A DNA stretch of 63,653 nt, filler included, from Folioceros fuciformis (GCA_049999805.1; 10 parts of 10 records of this genome joined end to end with filler, not necessarily neighbours in it), one strand, 5' to 3'. Shown: positions 21,565-34,103, numbered from the whole stretch's first letter. The notes: generated from the letters alone by a model not told the origin. Numbers and translations: made by a program.

Positions 21565-24500
21565 CAAGCTGGGTGCAGGCGCGCGCGCCGGGCATAGGAG
21601 CGCCATAGCACGGGCACCACGCGGACACCGTGGGCGCTACAGGCGCGAAGGCTTGAGCGACGCGGGCATGGGCGCATCCGCCGAGGCGCAGTCGACCTGG
21701 GCGCAGGCGCCGAGGCACAAGCGATGGAGCGCAGCCTAGCTGGATCCCTGTGGTGAGGTGGATCGAAGATCTCGATCGGAGGATTTAGGCCCGTCGTGTT
21801 GGCCTAAATTGTGGACAGCCGATTCAGAACAAGGCGTGAGGGTAACTATCAAAATCTACATTACATTCCGACAGTTTCTAACTAGCCTTTTGCTTGATTT
21901 GCATCGATTTTGAATCATGATGCCCTTAGAAAACGTCATGTTCAATATCGAGAAGTTAGATGGTACTAACTTCCCCTTTTGGAAAGAACAAGTGTATAAT
22001 GTTCTAGTGTAGAAAAAGCAGATCAAGCCCATAAAGTTGCTAGGAGTGAAACCTGTTAGCATGACTCAAGATGAGTGGCAGGATCTAGATGAGCTTGCTA
22101 GATCTACCATCATGCTAACATTGTCGAAGATGGTCTACTTCAATGTGAAAGACAAGACCACAAGTTACAAGCTATGGCAGAAGTTTTGTGACCTGTATGA
22201 GAAGCAAAGAGCGGCTTCTCAAGTGTACTGGTTCAAACAGTTGGTGGACTTGAAGATGAAGGAAGGGACGAGCCTGTCCGATCATCTCAATGAGTTCAAT
22301 ACCATTTTCAGCTAGCTCTCATCTCAAGGTATCTCGTTCCCAGATTCCGTGAGAGCTATGTTTCTGTTGGTCACATTACCAGAGAGTTGGAACACCTTTC
22401 GTACAGCTCTGAGTAATTCCACTCCTGCCAGTGGTCTCACCATTGTAAATGTAGAAGGTAGCCTATTAACAGAAGAAGTGAACAGGAAGAATATGGAACC
22501 TTTGAAAGGTTGCAATGCCCTCATGGTGAGAGGAAGGTTCACTTCAAAGGGGAAGTACAAGGAGCGAAGTCTTTCCCGTAGCAAATCTTGTTGTCATAAC
22601 AATGCTGAGTGTTACCATTATCACAAAAAGGGTCACATCAGAAGGGACTGCGAGAAGTTCAAGAAGGACAAAGGAAAGGAGAATAAGCATAGCGACAACA
22701 AGGCAAGTCCGAGTATCAAGCATGACGAGGTGAATTTTGTTGATGATTGAGATGTTCTTATCTCTTCTTCCTTTGATTCTGCATAATTGACAGCCGTGGA
22801 TAGTCACTTATTCTCTAATTGGATAATTGACTCTAAAGCATCTTTCCATGTTACTCCGCACAGGGAGTGGTTTAGCACCTATGATGCTACTAGGAAAGGA
22901 TGTCCACGGAAATAACTACGCATGCGAGATTGCAGGCGTTGGTGATGTGCAGTTGAAGTTCGACAACGGATCTTCATTCATACTGAAGGATGTTAGGCAT
23001 CTTTTGAAGTTGACAAAACACATGATTAGCGCAGGGCAGTTGGATGATGCTAGCTACCACTATTGGCTTGGGGATCATTCTTGGAAGATCTCCAAAGGTT
23101 CTCTTGTGGTAGCTCGTGGATCGAAGTGTGGCACTTTGTACTCACTTCAGGTAACCACTGTCAAGGATCATATGATTTGTGTAATGAAATAGCCAAGTGT
23201 TTCCTTGTGGCATTGTCGGTTAGGACATATGTTTAAAAAAGGAATGAAGATCTTATCTCGTTTTGGTTACGTCCCTGCCTTTGACTTCTCCGATTTCTTC
23301 GTGTGTGAGCATTGTTTGTATGGGAAACAGACAAAGTCACCACATGAAGTAAGAGGTAAACACAAAAGTAAACCTCTTGAATTGGTTCACATGTTTGTGC
23401 AGAAGCAATGGGTTCCTTTGGATTTTGGGATAAACAGATAAACATTAATCACCCTAATTTGTAATTTTGAACCAATCTTGACGTTTGTGGACCTATGCCC
23501 ACTGTATCATTAGGTGGTGCATCCTATTTTGTCACTTTCATAGATATTTCTCATGCAAGGTGTGGGTTTATCCTTTGAGGAAAAAGGATGATGTTCTGAC
23601 AGTGTTTCAGAAATTCGTCACTCTTGTGGAGAATTAGTCTGGCCTTCGACTAAAGTGTGTAAGGATGGACAATGGTGGAGAGTATGTTTCGAAGGCTTTT
23701 CAGTCATTCTGTGATTCCAAGGGAATCAAGAGAGAATTGACTGCCCCGTATACTCCTCCCCAGAATGGTGTGGCTGAACGGATGAACATGACCATTCAAG
23801 AGAGGATGTGTAGTTTGTTGTCTAACTTTGGATTGCCTAACGGATTTTGGGCACAAGAAGTGTATATTGCGGTGCATCTTATTAACAAATCTCCTAATAA
23901 GGCTGTGGATGAGCAGGTTCTAGAGGAGCTATGGTATGGTCCACTCATTTACGCTTTCTCAAGGCTACAAACGTAGCGATGAGGATTATTCCCTCTATAC
24001 AAAGCAAGCTAAGGATGGAAGCTTGCTCATTTCGGTCCTCCGTTGCCTCCATATATGAAACTTTTGAGCAAGGATTGCCCAAGCTCTGCGGTAGACAAAG
24101 CTAAAATGGAAAAGGTTCCATACTCATCAGCTGTAGGGAGTTTGATGTATGCAATGATTGCTACACGTCCTGACATTGCTTTTGCAGTGGGAGTGGTTAG
24201 CAGGTTTATGTCAAACTCTGGCAGGAAGCATTGGGACGTAGTGAAAGGAGTTATGAGGTACTTAAATGGTACAAAAGCTTTTTGCATATATTTTGGTAGT
24301 GAAGATGCATCTGTCATGGGATATACGGATGCTGATTATGCAGGGGATATGGACAAAAGGAGGTCCACATCAGGTTATGTCTTCATGTGCACTGGAGGGG
24401 CAGTCTCATGGCGATCTCATTTGCAATCGTGCATAACGCTATCTACCACAGAGGCTGAGTATGTTGCAGCAACTGAGGCTTGCAAGGAAGCCATGTGGCT

Positions 24501-24745
24501 TGCTCGTTTAGTGGGAGATTTTGGGATCAAGGTTGAGCTGCCAGTGTTGCATTGTGATAGTTAGAGTGCTATCCAATTGGCAAAGAATCCAGTGTTTCAT
24601 GCGAAGACCAAACATGTGGAAGTGAAGTATCACTTCATTTGAGAGGTGTTGGAAGACAAGAGGGTACAGCTTGTCAAAGTTCACACCAATCAGAACCCTG
24701 CAGATATTCTTACCAAGGGGCTCTCTAAGGAGCAATTCGCACAAG
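21565..24745 (+). mobile_element. Degenerate Ty1/Copia, family A copy 1 (GC-rich leader, gag-PR-INT, deleted RT, RNase H)
   Basis: Motifs IEKLDGTNFPFWK, CYHYHKKGHIRRDC, WHCRLGH, DNGGEY, PQNGVAERMN, PYSSAVGSLMY, LSTTEAEY and ADILTKGL. Many stops and deletions. Colinear with 27568-31210. Confidence 0.95.
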
Positions 24746-25389
24746 CTCGAATTAGAGGTCCAGCCCTGTATAAAGGCTCATCATTTTAATTCAGCAAGGG
24801 CCTCGAAGTCCCATTGTCCCTACCCCTCATTGCTATCTACCTCTTCTTCCCGCCGTCTCCCTCATCTCCTCACTTCCATAAGCAGATTGCCACGCTCTCC
24901 TCACCACTCCATCGGGGAAGACTCAAGCACGATCTCTGCGACGTATATTGAAGATTGGGAGGTCTGATCCTCTTGACCCAAGGACGTAGAAAGACCAAGA
25001 TGCTCAGGGAACGAGCCCGGTGACCCTTAACTACAACGACCACATTGGGGGATCATTTGTGGTAAGCACCCAATGCTTGCAGACAAGAGCTCACCGTTAG
25101 TAGGTAGAATTGGAGAGATTTGTCTCCCTCTTGTGTCTCCTTTCGTGGGTCTTCCAAGTTCCCTTCCCCCTTTTTCTTCCCCTCCGCTCCGCGAACAGCA
25201 CACCTCGATAGGACTCGGAGTTGTCCCTGGAGAGCCCAAGGGTAGGCCTACCTCCACCAAACTTCCCCTTTCACCCTCGTGTGCTCATTCTCATCCCTTT
25301 TGCTGCCCTTTGCTCAACCAGGTACGTAGACCACTAATCTTGTGACGGTGCATGCCTTCCCCGTCATTCCGCCAAATTTAGACACTACA

Positions 25390-25675
25390 CCCACCCCCCT
25401 CTCCTAGGTGAGCTCGCACCAGTAGTAGGCCTCAAGTAGCCCACCCTTCTCTCCTAGGAGAACTCACACCAACACTAGGCCTCAAGTAGCCCACCCTCCT
25501 CTCCTAACACGGCTCACACTAGCACTAGGGCTCCAAGTAGCCCGCTCGCACCAACACTAGGCCTCAAGTAGCTTACGCTCCTCCCCTAAGACGACTCGCA
25601 CTAGCACTAGGGCTCCAAGTAGCCCGCCCTCCTTGGCAAGTCCTCGCTGGGGCTCCAAGTAGCCCACCCTCCTCT
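25390..25675. repeat. ~50-bp degenerate tandem repeats, probably inside an LTR fragment starting TGTGAC at 25342
   Basis: CCACCCT.CTCTCCTA...CTC.CACCA.CACTAGGCCTCAAGTAGC repeated about 6 times. A related single unit lies at ~17590-17630. Confidence 0.85.
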
Positions 25676-26232
25676 TGTACGAGGGCTTGTAATCAAGCAC
25701 TCTTGCCACAGCTCCAACTCGCAATCACGTAACCTGCTGGTGATAAATTACTTTAACTTGTCTCCATGAAATATGTAACCTCAAGTTAAAAACCGATGTA
25801 TATAAGCTCACTTTTGTACTCTTTTTAATTAATTATTATATGACTCCTATACAATCTTGTCACATGGAGAGGTTTTGTATTTTTTATGGTATCAAAACTA
25901 TCATCAATCTCATACTTTTGATGTATCAAATTCTCTTAGCTAGTTTACTATATAGACTGTGATGGAATTTTTTTGATTTTTTTTTGTGTATTTGTTTAAT
26001 GAATAAAACTTTGTTTATGCATGACTAGGCATTAGAATCTATGATGCCATGTAAGCACGACAATCGGCAAGACATGTTAGTTATTCATACTTGATGAGCT
26101 CATGGTCACCCTCAAAAAGATCTACCTCAATAAGATCAATGTGTTGTTTGGAAACTGTACAAAGTGCAAATCTATTTCACAAGAGATCAGAGAAAGCTAT
26201 TTTGCATGATAGTGAGAATGTCATCAAACGAA

Positions 26233-26549
26233 TGAATTATGGAGCTTCAACTACTAGACGAAATTTGGGACATTCTCAAATCATGTACAATGGTTTGAAT
26301 CATGGAGCTTCAACTACTAGACAAAATTTGGGACATTCTCAAATCATGTACAATGGTTTGAATGATGGAGCTTCAACTACTAGACGAAATTTGGTACATT
26401 CTCAAATCATGTACAATGGTTTGAATGATGGAGCTTCAACTACTAGACGAAATTTGGTACATTCTCAAATCATGTACAATGGTTTGAATGATGGAGCTTC
26501 AACTACTAGACGAAATTTGGTACATTCTCAAATCATGTACAATGGTTTG
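26233..26549. repeat. 63-bp tandem array, 5 copies
   Basis: TGAATGATGGAGCTTCAACTACTAGACGAAATTTGGTACATTCTCAAATCATGTACAATGGTT at 26233, 26296, 26359, 26422 and 26485. Confidence 0.97.
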
Positions 26550-26780
26550 TGTGAACCTCCAAAGTTTGGGGTAGTAGTTTGTTTTGGTTGAAAAAGGGTT
26601 AATAGTGGTATGGTTTGGTTTTCTTTTTCAACTTATTTTCCCTAATTTTCCTTGATTTTCTGGTCATTTTTCCTATTTTTCTTTGTGCTAATTAAGTTAA
26701 TTGACCAGGAAATAGTTGGTTTGGTTATAAGAGTGGGTATAGGTTTGGTCCCAGACCTGGGAAGGTTTAGGTTCGGTACC
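26550..26780 (+). mobile_element. Terminus of a young repeat family (TGTGAACCTCCAAAGTTTGGGG...), cut by gap
   Basis: Reverse complement of 27337-27567 with about 5 mismatches in 231 bp. Confidence 0.9.
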
Positions 26781-26880
26781 NNNNNNNNNNNNNNNNNNNN
26801 NNNNNNNNNNNNNNNNNNNNNNNNTTAATTAATTAANNNNNNNNNNNNNNNNNNNNNNNNNNNNNNNNNNNNNNNNNNNN

Positions 26881-27567
26881 CCTGCATCAGTCGAATCCTG
26901 CAGCTCGCCTCAGCCTCCTCTCCTGCATCACCCGTCGATCCCTCCTCCTGCCTGCAATCTAAATCCAAAGAAGAAACAGGGAGGGAAGATTGAGAAGGAA
27001 GGGAGGAAGAAGAGGAAGGGGGCAAGAAGGGAATGGAGGAGGAAGGGAGAAAGGGAGAAAGGGAGAAAGGAAGGGAGGGGGAAAAGGGATGGAGGCGGCC
27101 GCAACCCCTTCCTCTAGCTCAAGCTAGGGCATGGCCTCCACAACCATTCATGCCAGCCAAGCAATCAGCCAGCCTATCGTCAGACCCTGACACACCCAGA
27201 TACCCCTTCCTATGTTCAAACCATTATTATATTATTTTTATTATTTAATATTATTATATTATTATTTTTATTATTTAATTATTTAATATTATATATCTTT
27301 AACTAATATTAAACTAATCACCCAACCCTATGGCCTGGTACCGAACCTAAACCTTCCCAGCTCTGGGACCAAACCTATACCCACTCTTATAACCAAACCC
27401 ACTATTTCTTGGTCAATTAACCCAATTAGCACAAAGAAAAATAGGAAAAATGACCAGAAAATCAAGGAAAATTAGGGAAAATAAGTTGAAAAAGAAAACC
27501 AAACCATACCACTATTAACCCTTTTTCAACCAAAACAAACTACTACCCCAAACTTTGGAGGTTCACA
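26881..27567 (-). mobile_element. Same repeat terminus in opposite orientation (ends ...GGAGGTTCACA)
   Basis: Matches 26550-26780 (inverted) and 62387-62738 (direct). Contains GA-rich and TTA-rich tracts. Confidence 0.9.
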
Positions 27568-30500
27568 AGGTGCCAGGTCGGCAGGCCCCCGGCACGGGCG
27601 CCGCTCCTGATGCGCAGGCGCCGAGCAAGCCACGGGCGTCGTGCAGGCCGCGGGCACCGCGCTTGTCGCGCAGGCGCCGTGCAGGCTACGGGCGTCGTAA
27701 GAAGGCCAGGCCAAGGGGCGCCATCGGACGTGGGCCACCGAGCACCGACGCGCGACGACGCAAGGATAGGTGTCGGAGGCACGAGCCTCGCGGACGCCGG
27801 GTGACGGAGAGTGGACGCCGAAGTGACACCGGCACCGAGAGTAAAGGCGCGTGCCAGCCGAGATCCCAACCGTGAGGCGACCAAATTTCAATTGGAAAAT
27901 TTAGGTCCGTCGAGTCGGCTTGTGGACAGCTGATGAGGAACGAGATTGAGGGTAACAAAATCTACATTTCATTTCGACCGCTTTCTAACTAGCCTTTTGG
28001 TTGATTTGCCTCGATTTTGAAACATGACGTCCTCAGAAAACGTTGTGTTCAATATCGAGAAGTTAGATGGTACTAACTTCCCATTCTGGAAAGAACAAGT
28101 CTATAATGTTCTAATGCAGAAGAAGCAGATCAAGCCGATAAAGTTATTAGGAGTGAACATGTTAGCATGACTCAGGATGAGTGGCAGGATCTAGATGAGC
28201 TTGCTAGGTCTACTATCATGCTAACATTGTCGAAGTCGGTCTACTTCAACGTGAAAGACAAGACCACGAGTTACGAGCTATGGCAGAAGTTGTGTGAGCT
28301 GTATGAGAAGCAAAGTGCGGCTTCTCAAGTGTATTGGTTGAAACAACTAGAGGACTTGAAGATGAAGGAAGGAACGAGGATGTTCGATCATCTGAACGAG
28401 TTCAATACCATTTTCAGCCAGCTCTCATCTCAAGGTATCTCATTCCCAGATTCCGTGAGAGCTATGTTGCTGTTGGTCACATTATCAGAGAGCTGGGACA
28501 CCTTTCGTACAGCTGTGAGTAATTCCGCTCCTGCCAGTGGTCTTGCCGTTGTAAATGTAGAAGGTAGCCTGTTAACAAAGGAGGTGAAGAGGAAGAATAT
28601 GGAACCTTCGAAAGGTTCCAATGCCCTCATGGTGAGAGGAAGGTCCACTTCAAAGGGAAAGTACAAGGAGCAAAGTCGTTCCTGTAGTAAGTCTCGTAGT
28701 CGTAACAACGTTGAGTGTTACCATTGCCTTAAGAAGGGTCACATCAGGAAGGACTGCGAGAAGTTCAAGAAAGACAAAGGAAAGGAGAAGAAGCAGAGCG
28801 ACAACAAGGCAAGTCCAAGTATCAAGCCTAACGAGCTGAATTCTATTGACGATGGAGATGTTCTTACCTCTTCTTCCTTCGATTCTGCACAACTGACAGC
28901 CATGGAGAGTCCCTTATTCTCTAATTGGATAATTGACTCTGGAGCATCTTTCCATGTTACTCCACATAGGGAGTGGTTTAGCACTTATGATGCTACTAGG
29001 AAAGGATGTGTTCGGCTTGGAAATAACTACGCATGCGAGATTGCAGGCGTTGGTGATGTGCAGCTGAAGTTTGACAATGGATCTTCATTCGTACTGAAGG
29101 ATGTTAGGCATGTTCCGAAGTTGACCAAAAGCATGATTAGCACAGGGCAGTTGGATGACGTTTGCTACCACTATTGGTTTGGAGATCGTTCTTGGAAGAT
29201 CTCCAAAGGTTCTCTTGGGTTAGCTCGTGGATCGAAGTGTGGCACTTTGTACTCACTTCAAGTAACCATTGTCAAGGATCATGTGATTTGTGTAACGAAA
29301 CAGCCAAGTGTTTCCTTGTGGCATTGTCGGTTAGGACATATGTCTCAAAAAGGAATGAAGATCTTATCTTGTTTTGGTTACGTCCCTGCTTTTGACTTCT
29401 CCGATTTCTCCGTGTGTGAGCACTGTTTGTATGGGAAACAGACGAAGTCACTACATGGAGCAAGAGGTAAACACAAAAGTAAACCTCTTGAATTGGTTCA
29501 CAATGACCTTTGTGGACTTATGACCACTGTATCGTTAGGCGGTGCATCCTATTTTGTCACTTTCATTGATGACTTCTCACGCAAGGTGTGGGTTTATCCT
29601 TTGAGGAAAAAGGATGATGTTCTGACAATGTTTCAGAAATTCGTTACCCTTGTGGAGAATCAGTGTGGCCTTCAGCTGAAGTGTCTAAGAACAAACAATG
29701 GGGGAGAGTATGTTTCGAAGGCTTTCCAGTCATTCTGTGATTCCAAGGGAATCAAGAGAGAATTGACTACGCCGTATACTCCTCCCCAGAATGGTGTGGC
29801 TGAACGGATGAACAGGACCATCCAGGAGAGGATGCGTAGTTTGTTGTCAAACCATGGATTGCCTAACGGATTTTGGGCAGAAGTAGTGGTTACGGTAGTG
29901 CATCTTATTAACAGATCGCCTAACAGGGCTGTGGATGAGCAGGTTCCATAGGAGATGTGGTCTGGAAAGAAGCCGTCATACAAGCATCTACGAGTGTTTG
30001 GCTACGAGGCATACTACCATGTTCCGAAGGAGTTTCGGGACAAGTTGGCTCCTAAGTCAAGAAAATGCATTTTTCTTTGCTAAGGTGAATCTGGTGAGAT
30101 GGGATACCGTCTATGGGATCCAGAGGCCAAGAGGATGGTTTGCAGCAATGACGTGTTCTTCAATGAGACCAAGATGCACAAGAAGCCTACTCCAACTATG
30201 GAGGTGCGACGGGTGGTTTTTCAAGAAGATGGATTTGACCGTCCTGCGCAGGTTGAACGTCGTGATGTGCAGGAACAAGTTCCTCCCCTTGTAGAAGAGG
30301 AGAGAGTGCAACAAGCTCCTGTCGAGATGCCAGTGCTTCGTAGGTCAGGAAGGATCTCACGTCCTCCTGACAGGTATGTTGCATCTCTTGATTATGTCAT
30401 GCTGACGGATTGTGGGGAACCCTCTTGTTACCAAGAGGGCATGTCAATGACTGACAAGGACAAGTGAGAGAAGGTGATGTAGTCGTAGATGCATTCACTC

Positions 30501-31210
30501 CATAAAACCGAACTTGGGAGTTGGTTCGGTTGCCTAGGGGCAAGAAGGCGTTGCCATGCAAATGGGTGTATAAGATGAAGGACATACCCCATTATGGCAA
30601 ACCCAAGTACAAGGCACGATTGGTTACTAAGGGTTTTAAGCAACAGCAAGGTATTGACTTTGGTGAGATTTTTTCACCAGTTGTCAAAATGACAACCTTG
30701 CAATGTGTTCTTAGTCTGGTTGCGAGGCACAACATGGAACTTATCCAAATGGATGTGAAGTCGGCATTTGTGCATGGTGATCTCCAGGAAGAGGTATACA
30801 CGTTCTGACTTTGCCTTTGCAGTGGGAGTGGTTAGCAGGTTGATGTCAAACCCTAGCAAGAAGCATTGGGAGGCAGTGAAAGGAGTCATGAGGTACTTGA
30901 ATGGTACGAAAGCTTTGTGCTTATGTTTTGGTAGTGAAGATGCATCTTTAGTGGGATATACGGATGCTGATTATGCAGGGGATATGGACAAAAGGAGGTC
31001 ACATCAGGTTATGTCTTCATGTGCACTGGAGGGGCAGTCTCATGGCGATCTTGTTTGCAATCGTGCATAACGCTGTCTACCACAGAGGCCAAGTATGTTG
31101 CAGCGACGGAGGCTTGCAAGGAAGCCTTGTGGCTTGCTCGTTTAGTGGGAGATTTGGGGATCAAGTTTGAGCTGCTAGTGTTGCATTGTGATAGCCAGAG
31201 TGCTATCCAG
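27568..31210 (+). mobile_element. Ty1/Copia, family A copy 2 (leader, gag-PR-INT, internally deleted RT, RNase H cut by gap)
   Basis: gag starts near ATG 28024. After the 594-aa ORF come PCKWVYK, KARLV, FSPVVK, QMDVKSAF and LSTTEAKY. Confidence 0.95.
28167..29951 (+). CDS. Copia gag-protease-integrase polyprotein (interrupted)
   Basis: 594-aa ORF with CYHCLKKGHIRKDC, WIIDSGASFH, WHCRLGH, FIDDFSR and PQNGVAERMNRT. Confidence 0.92.
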   Translation: MTQDEWQDLDELARSTIMLTLSKSVYFNVKDKTTSYELWQKLCELYEKQSAASQVYWLKQLEDLKMKEGTRMFDHLNEFNTIFSQLSSQGISFPDSVRAMLLLVTLSESWDTFRTAVSNSAPASGLAVVNVEGSLLTKEVKRKNMEPSKGSNALMVRGRSTSKGKYKEQSRSCSKSRSRNNVECYHCLKKGHIRKDCEKFKKDKGKEKKQSDNKASPSIKPNELNSIDDGDVLTSSSFDSAQLTAMESPLFSNWIIDSGASFHVTPHREWFSTYDATRKGCVRLGNNYACEIAGVGDVQLKFDNGSSFVLKDVRHVPKLTKSMISTGQLDDVCYHYWFGDRSWKISKGSLGLARGSKCGTLYSLQVTIVKDHVICVTKQPSVSLWHCRLGHMSQKGMKILSCFGYVPAFDFSDFSVCEHCLYGKQTKSLHGARGKHKSKPLELVHNDLCGLMTTVSLGGASYFVTFIDDFSRKVWVYPLRKKDDVLTMFQKFVTLVENQCGLQLKCLRTNNGGEYVSKAFQSFCDSKGIKRELTTPYTPPQNGVAERMNRTIQERMRSLLSNHGLPNGFWAEVVVTVVHLINRSPNRAVDEQVP

Positions 31211-31415
31211 NNNNNNNNNNNNNNNNNNNNNNNNNNNNNNNNNNNNNNNNNNNNTTAATTAATTAANNNNNNNNNNNNNNNNNNNNNNNNNNNNNNNNNN
31301 NNNNNNNNNNATACCCAAGCTTACAGAAAATGGACTGCAAGGTATATGTGAAGCATGTCAACTTGGGAAACAGCCTAGGAATGCGTTCCCCCATGACAAA
31401 CATTTCAGCAGATAT

Positions 31416-34090
31416 GTGTTGGATGTTGTGCATTCAGATGTATGGGGTCCTACACAGACTGCATCAATCGGAGGTTGCAAGTACTATGTGACCTTCATTG
31501 ACGACCACACAAGGAAGGTGTGGGTCTATTTCATGAAAGAAAAAAGTGAAGTGATCACTCATTTTCATACTTTCAAGGCGATGGTTGAGAAGCAGACAGG
31601 TAGGCACATCAAATGCCTAAGATCTGATGGAGGGGGAGAGTACTTCTCCAGAGAGTTCAGCAAATTCTTATCAGAACAGGGCATTCAACGGCAGTACTCA
31701 TGTCGTTATACGCCACAACAAAATGGAGTTGCAGAGCGCAAGAACAGGCACATAGCAGAAGTGGCGAGAGCCTTGATGACAGAGAAGAAGATGCCTCACT
31801 ACTATTGGGCTGAAGCTGTAAGCACAGCAGTGTACATCATGAACAGAACTTCCATAGCAGCGGTGCACAGTGTAACACCGGAGGAGAAGTTCACAGGGAA
31901 GAAACCTGACTTGTCACACTTAAAGGTATTTGGTTGCATTGCTTATGTCCATATTCCGGATGAGTTGCAGACTAAGCTTGATCCAAAAGCAGAAAAGTGT
32001 GTCTTCATTGGGTATTCTGTTACACAGAAAGGATACAGGTGTTACAATCCCAGTACACGGACTATGAGAGTAAGCAGAGACGTAGTCTTTGATGAAATGG
32101 GTAGCTGGTACTTTGAAGTACAAGGAAGTAGTGTAGCTGATGTGCTTGAAACTGAGGTAACAAGCAATGCAGGCCAACAATCACAAGTGTTGAGTGGACC
32201 GCAAGCGTCATCAAACTCGACAAATGTTCAGAATCCATGGAGTGGCAGGTTGCGAGGTAGTGTGAGTCCTACGAGATCCACAGCTGTGTCTCGCAAAGGG
32301 AAGGAAAAAGTCCAGGATTCAAAGATACCAGACCTAAGTGCAGGTGCGGATGATTCAAGCGACTCTAAGCAGAGCTTGGATGAGGAATTCGGTGTACCGA
32401 AAATCGAAACACCTGGTGCAAAAGAGGTTCAATCAGCCCCTGGAAGTGGTTCAATCCCACGGAGATTTGGAAGACAGAAGGTTCCAATACAGCGGTTGAC
32501 CTATGATAGCTATGTAGCTAGGCACCATGCCTATATGGCAACGGTTGTACAGGATGTGGAACCAAGAAGCTTTGAAGAAGCTATTGGAGACACAAAGTGG
32601 GAACATGCTATGGATGAAGAAATGAATGCGTTAAATCAGAATGCAACATCGGACCTAGTACAACTACCTGAAGGCAAGAAACCAATAGGTTGCAAATGGG
32701 TGTACAAGATCAAACACAACGCAGATGGTAGTATCAACAGGTACAAGGCAAGGCTTGTGGCCAAGGGATATGCCCAGACATATGGAATAGATTTTGAGGA
32801 GACGTTCAGTCCAGTTGCCAAAATGGCAACAATTCGAACCGTGATCGTACTAGCGGCATCGAAAGGTTGGGTCCTACATCATATGGATGTGAAGAATGCG
32901 TTTTTACATGGAGAATTGCTGGAAGAAGTATACATGGACCAGCCACCAGGTTATGAGGATTTGGATCATCCAAATCATGTGTGCAAGCTGAAAAAAACGT
33001 TGTACGGACTGAAGCAAGCCCCGAGGGCTTGGCATGAGCGTCTTGCTCAGCATCTAATTCACATCGGATTCAACATGGCAGATGCGGATCATTCGTTGTA
33101 TGTGTGCAAAAGTACAAAACGACTGGTCTTTGTGACCATTTATGTGGATGATCTAATCATTGGAGGTAATCAGTTGGATCAAGTGGAGCAGATCAAGGAA
33201 CTTCTACAACAAGAGTTCAAGATGGCGGACCTAGGTGAACTGAGGTTCTTTTTGGGCATTGAAATTATACGAACCAACACAGGCATTTGGCTGTCACAGC
33301 GGAAGTATGCGTCGGATGTACTAACTAAGTATGGTATGGTTGAGTGCAAGCCAATCTCGATTCCTTTGGATCAAAATCTAAAGCTCAGTGCTCATGATGG
33401 TGAAGCACTTGAAGATCCAACAATGTACAGGAAGATTGTGGGTAGCTTGATATATCTCACTCTATCCCGACCAGATTTGAACTATACAGTGGGATTGCAA
33501 AGTCAGTTTATGCAGGCGCCAAGAAAGCCACATTTGGATGCAGTAAGGCGAACGTTGCGCTATGTGAAGGCAACTATGGATCATGCTCTCTTTTATATGT
33601 TGCAGATTTAGAAATAAACCTGTGTGGATACACAGATGCAGATTGGGCAGGCAGTGTTACTAATCGTAGATCTACAAGTGGATTCACTTTTTCACTTGGG
33701 AGTGCAGCAATTACATGGAGTAGCAAGAAGCAGCCTACAGTGGCTTTGTCTAGTACAGAAGCTGAATACAGAGGTGCAGCAATGGCAGCGTGTGAAGTGA
33801 CTTGGATTTGTAAGTTACTCGGAGATTTTGGATTGCAGGTCAACGACAAGGTTGTTATCTACTGTGACAATCTTAGCAGCATACAGTTGGCGCGAAACCC
33901 AGTGTTTCATGCCAGGACAAAACACATTGAAATACATTATCATTTTCTTCGCGAAAGGATTTTATCTGGAGCTATTGATCTTGTGTATGTTAACACAGAC
34001 GAGCAGATAGCCGATATATTTACTAAGCCAATGGGAGCAGAGAAGCTGAAGAAATTCCGAGCTATGTTAGGCGTACAGATGCTATGTTGA
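31416..34090 (+). CDS. Copia pol (integrase, reverse transcriptase, RNase H) with a frameshift near 33595
   Basis: Motifs [67 protein letters not shown] and ADIFTKP. Confidence 0.95.
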
Positions 34091-34103
34091 GCTCGAGGGG
34101 GAG

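Noticed and set aside
26233-26549. Possible CRISPR array or 21-aa repeat protein (ORF 26091-26591)
   Set aside because: Units are contiguous with no unique spacers and no cas genes are present. The ORF follows from a stop-free 63-bp unit and runs into another repeat.
27526-27958. Arg/Ala/Pro-rich ORFs
   Set aside because: GC-rich Copia leader, partly homologous to 21565-21860. Not credible genes.
31201-31320. Treating the Copia sequences either side of the gap as one element
   Set aside because: The left ends in RNase H and the right starts before integrase, with different sequence. They are two elements.
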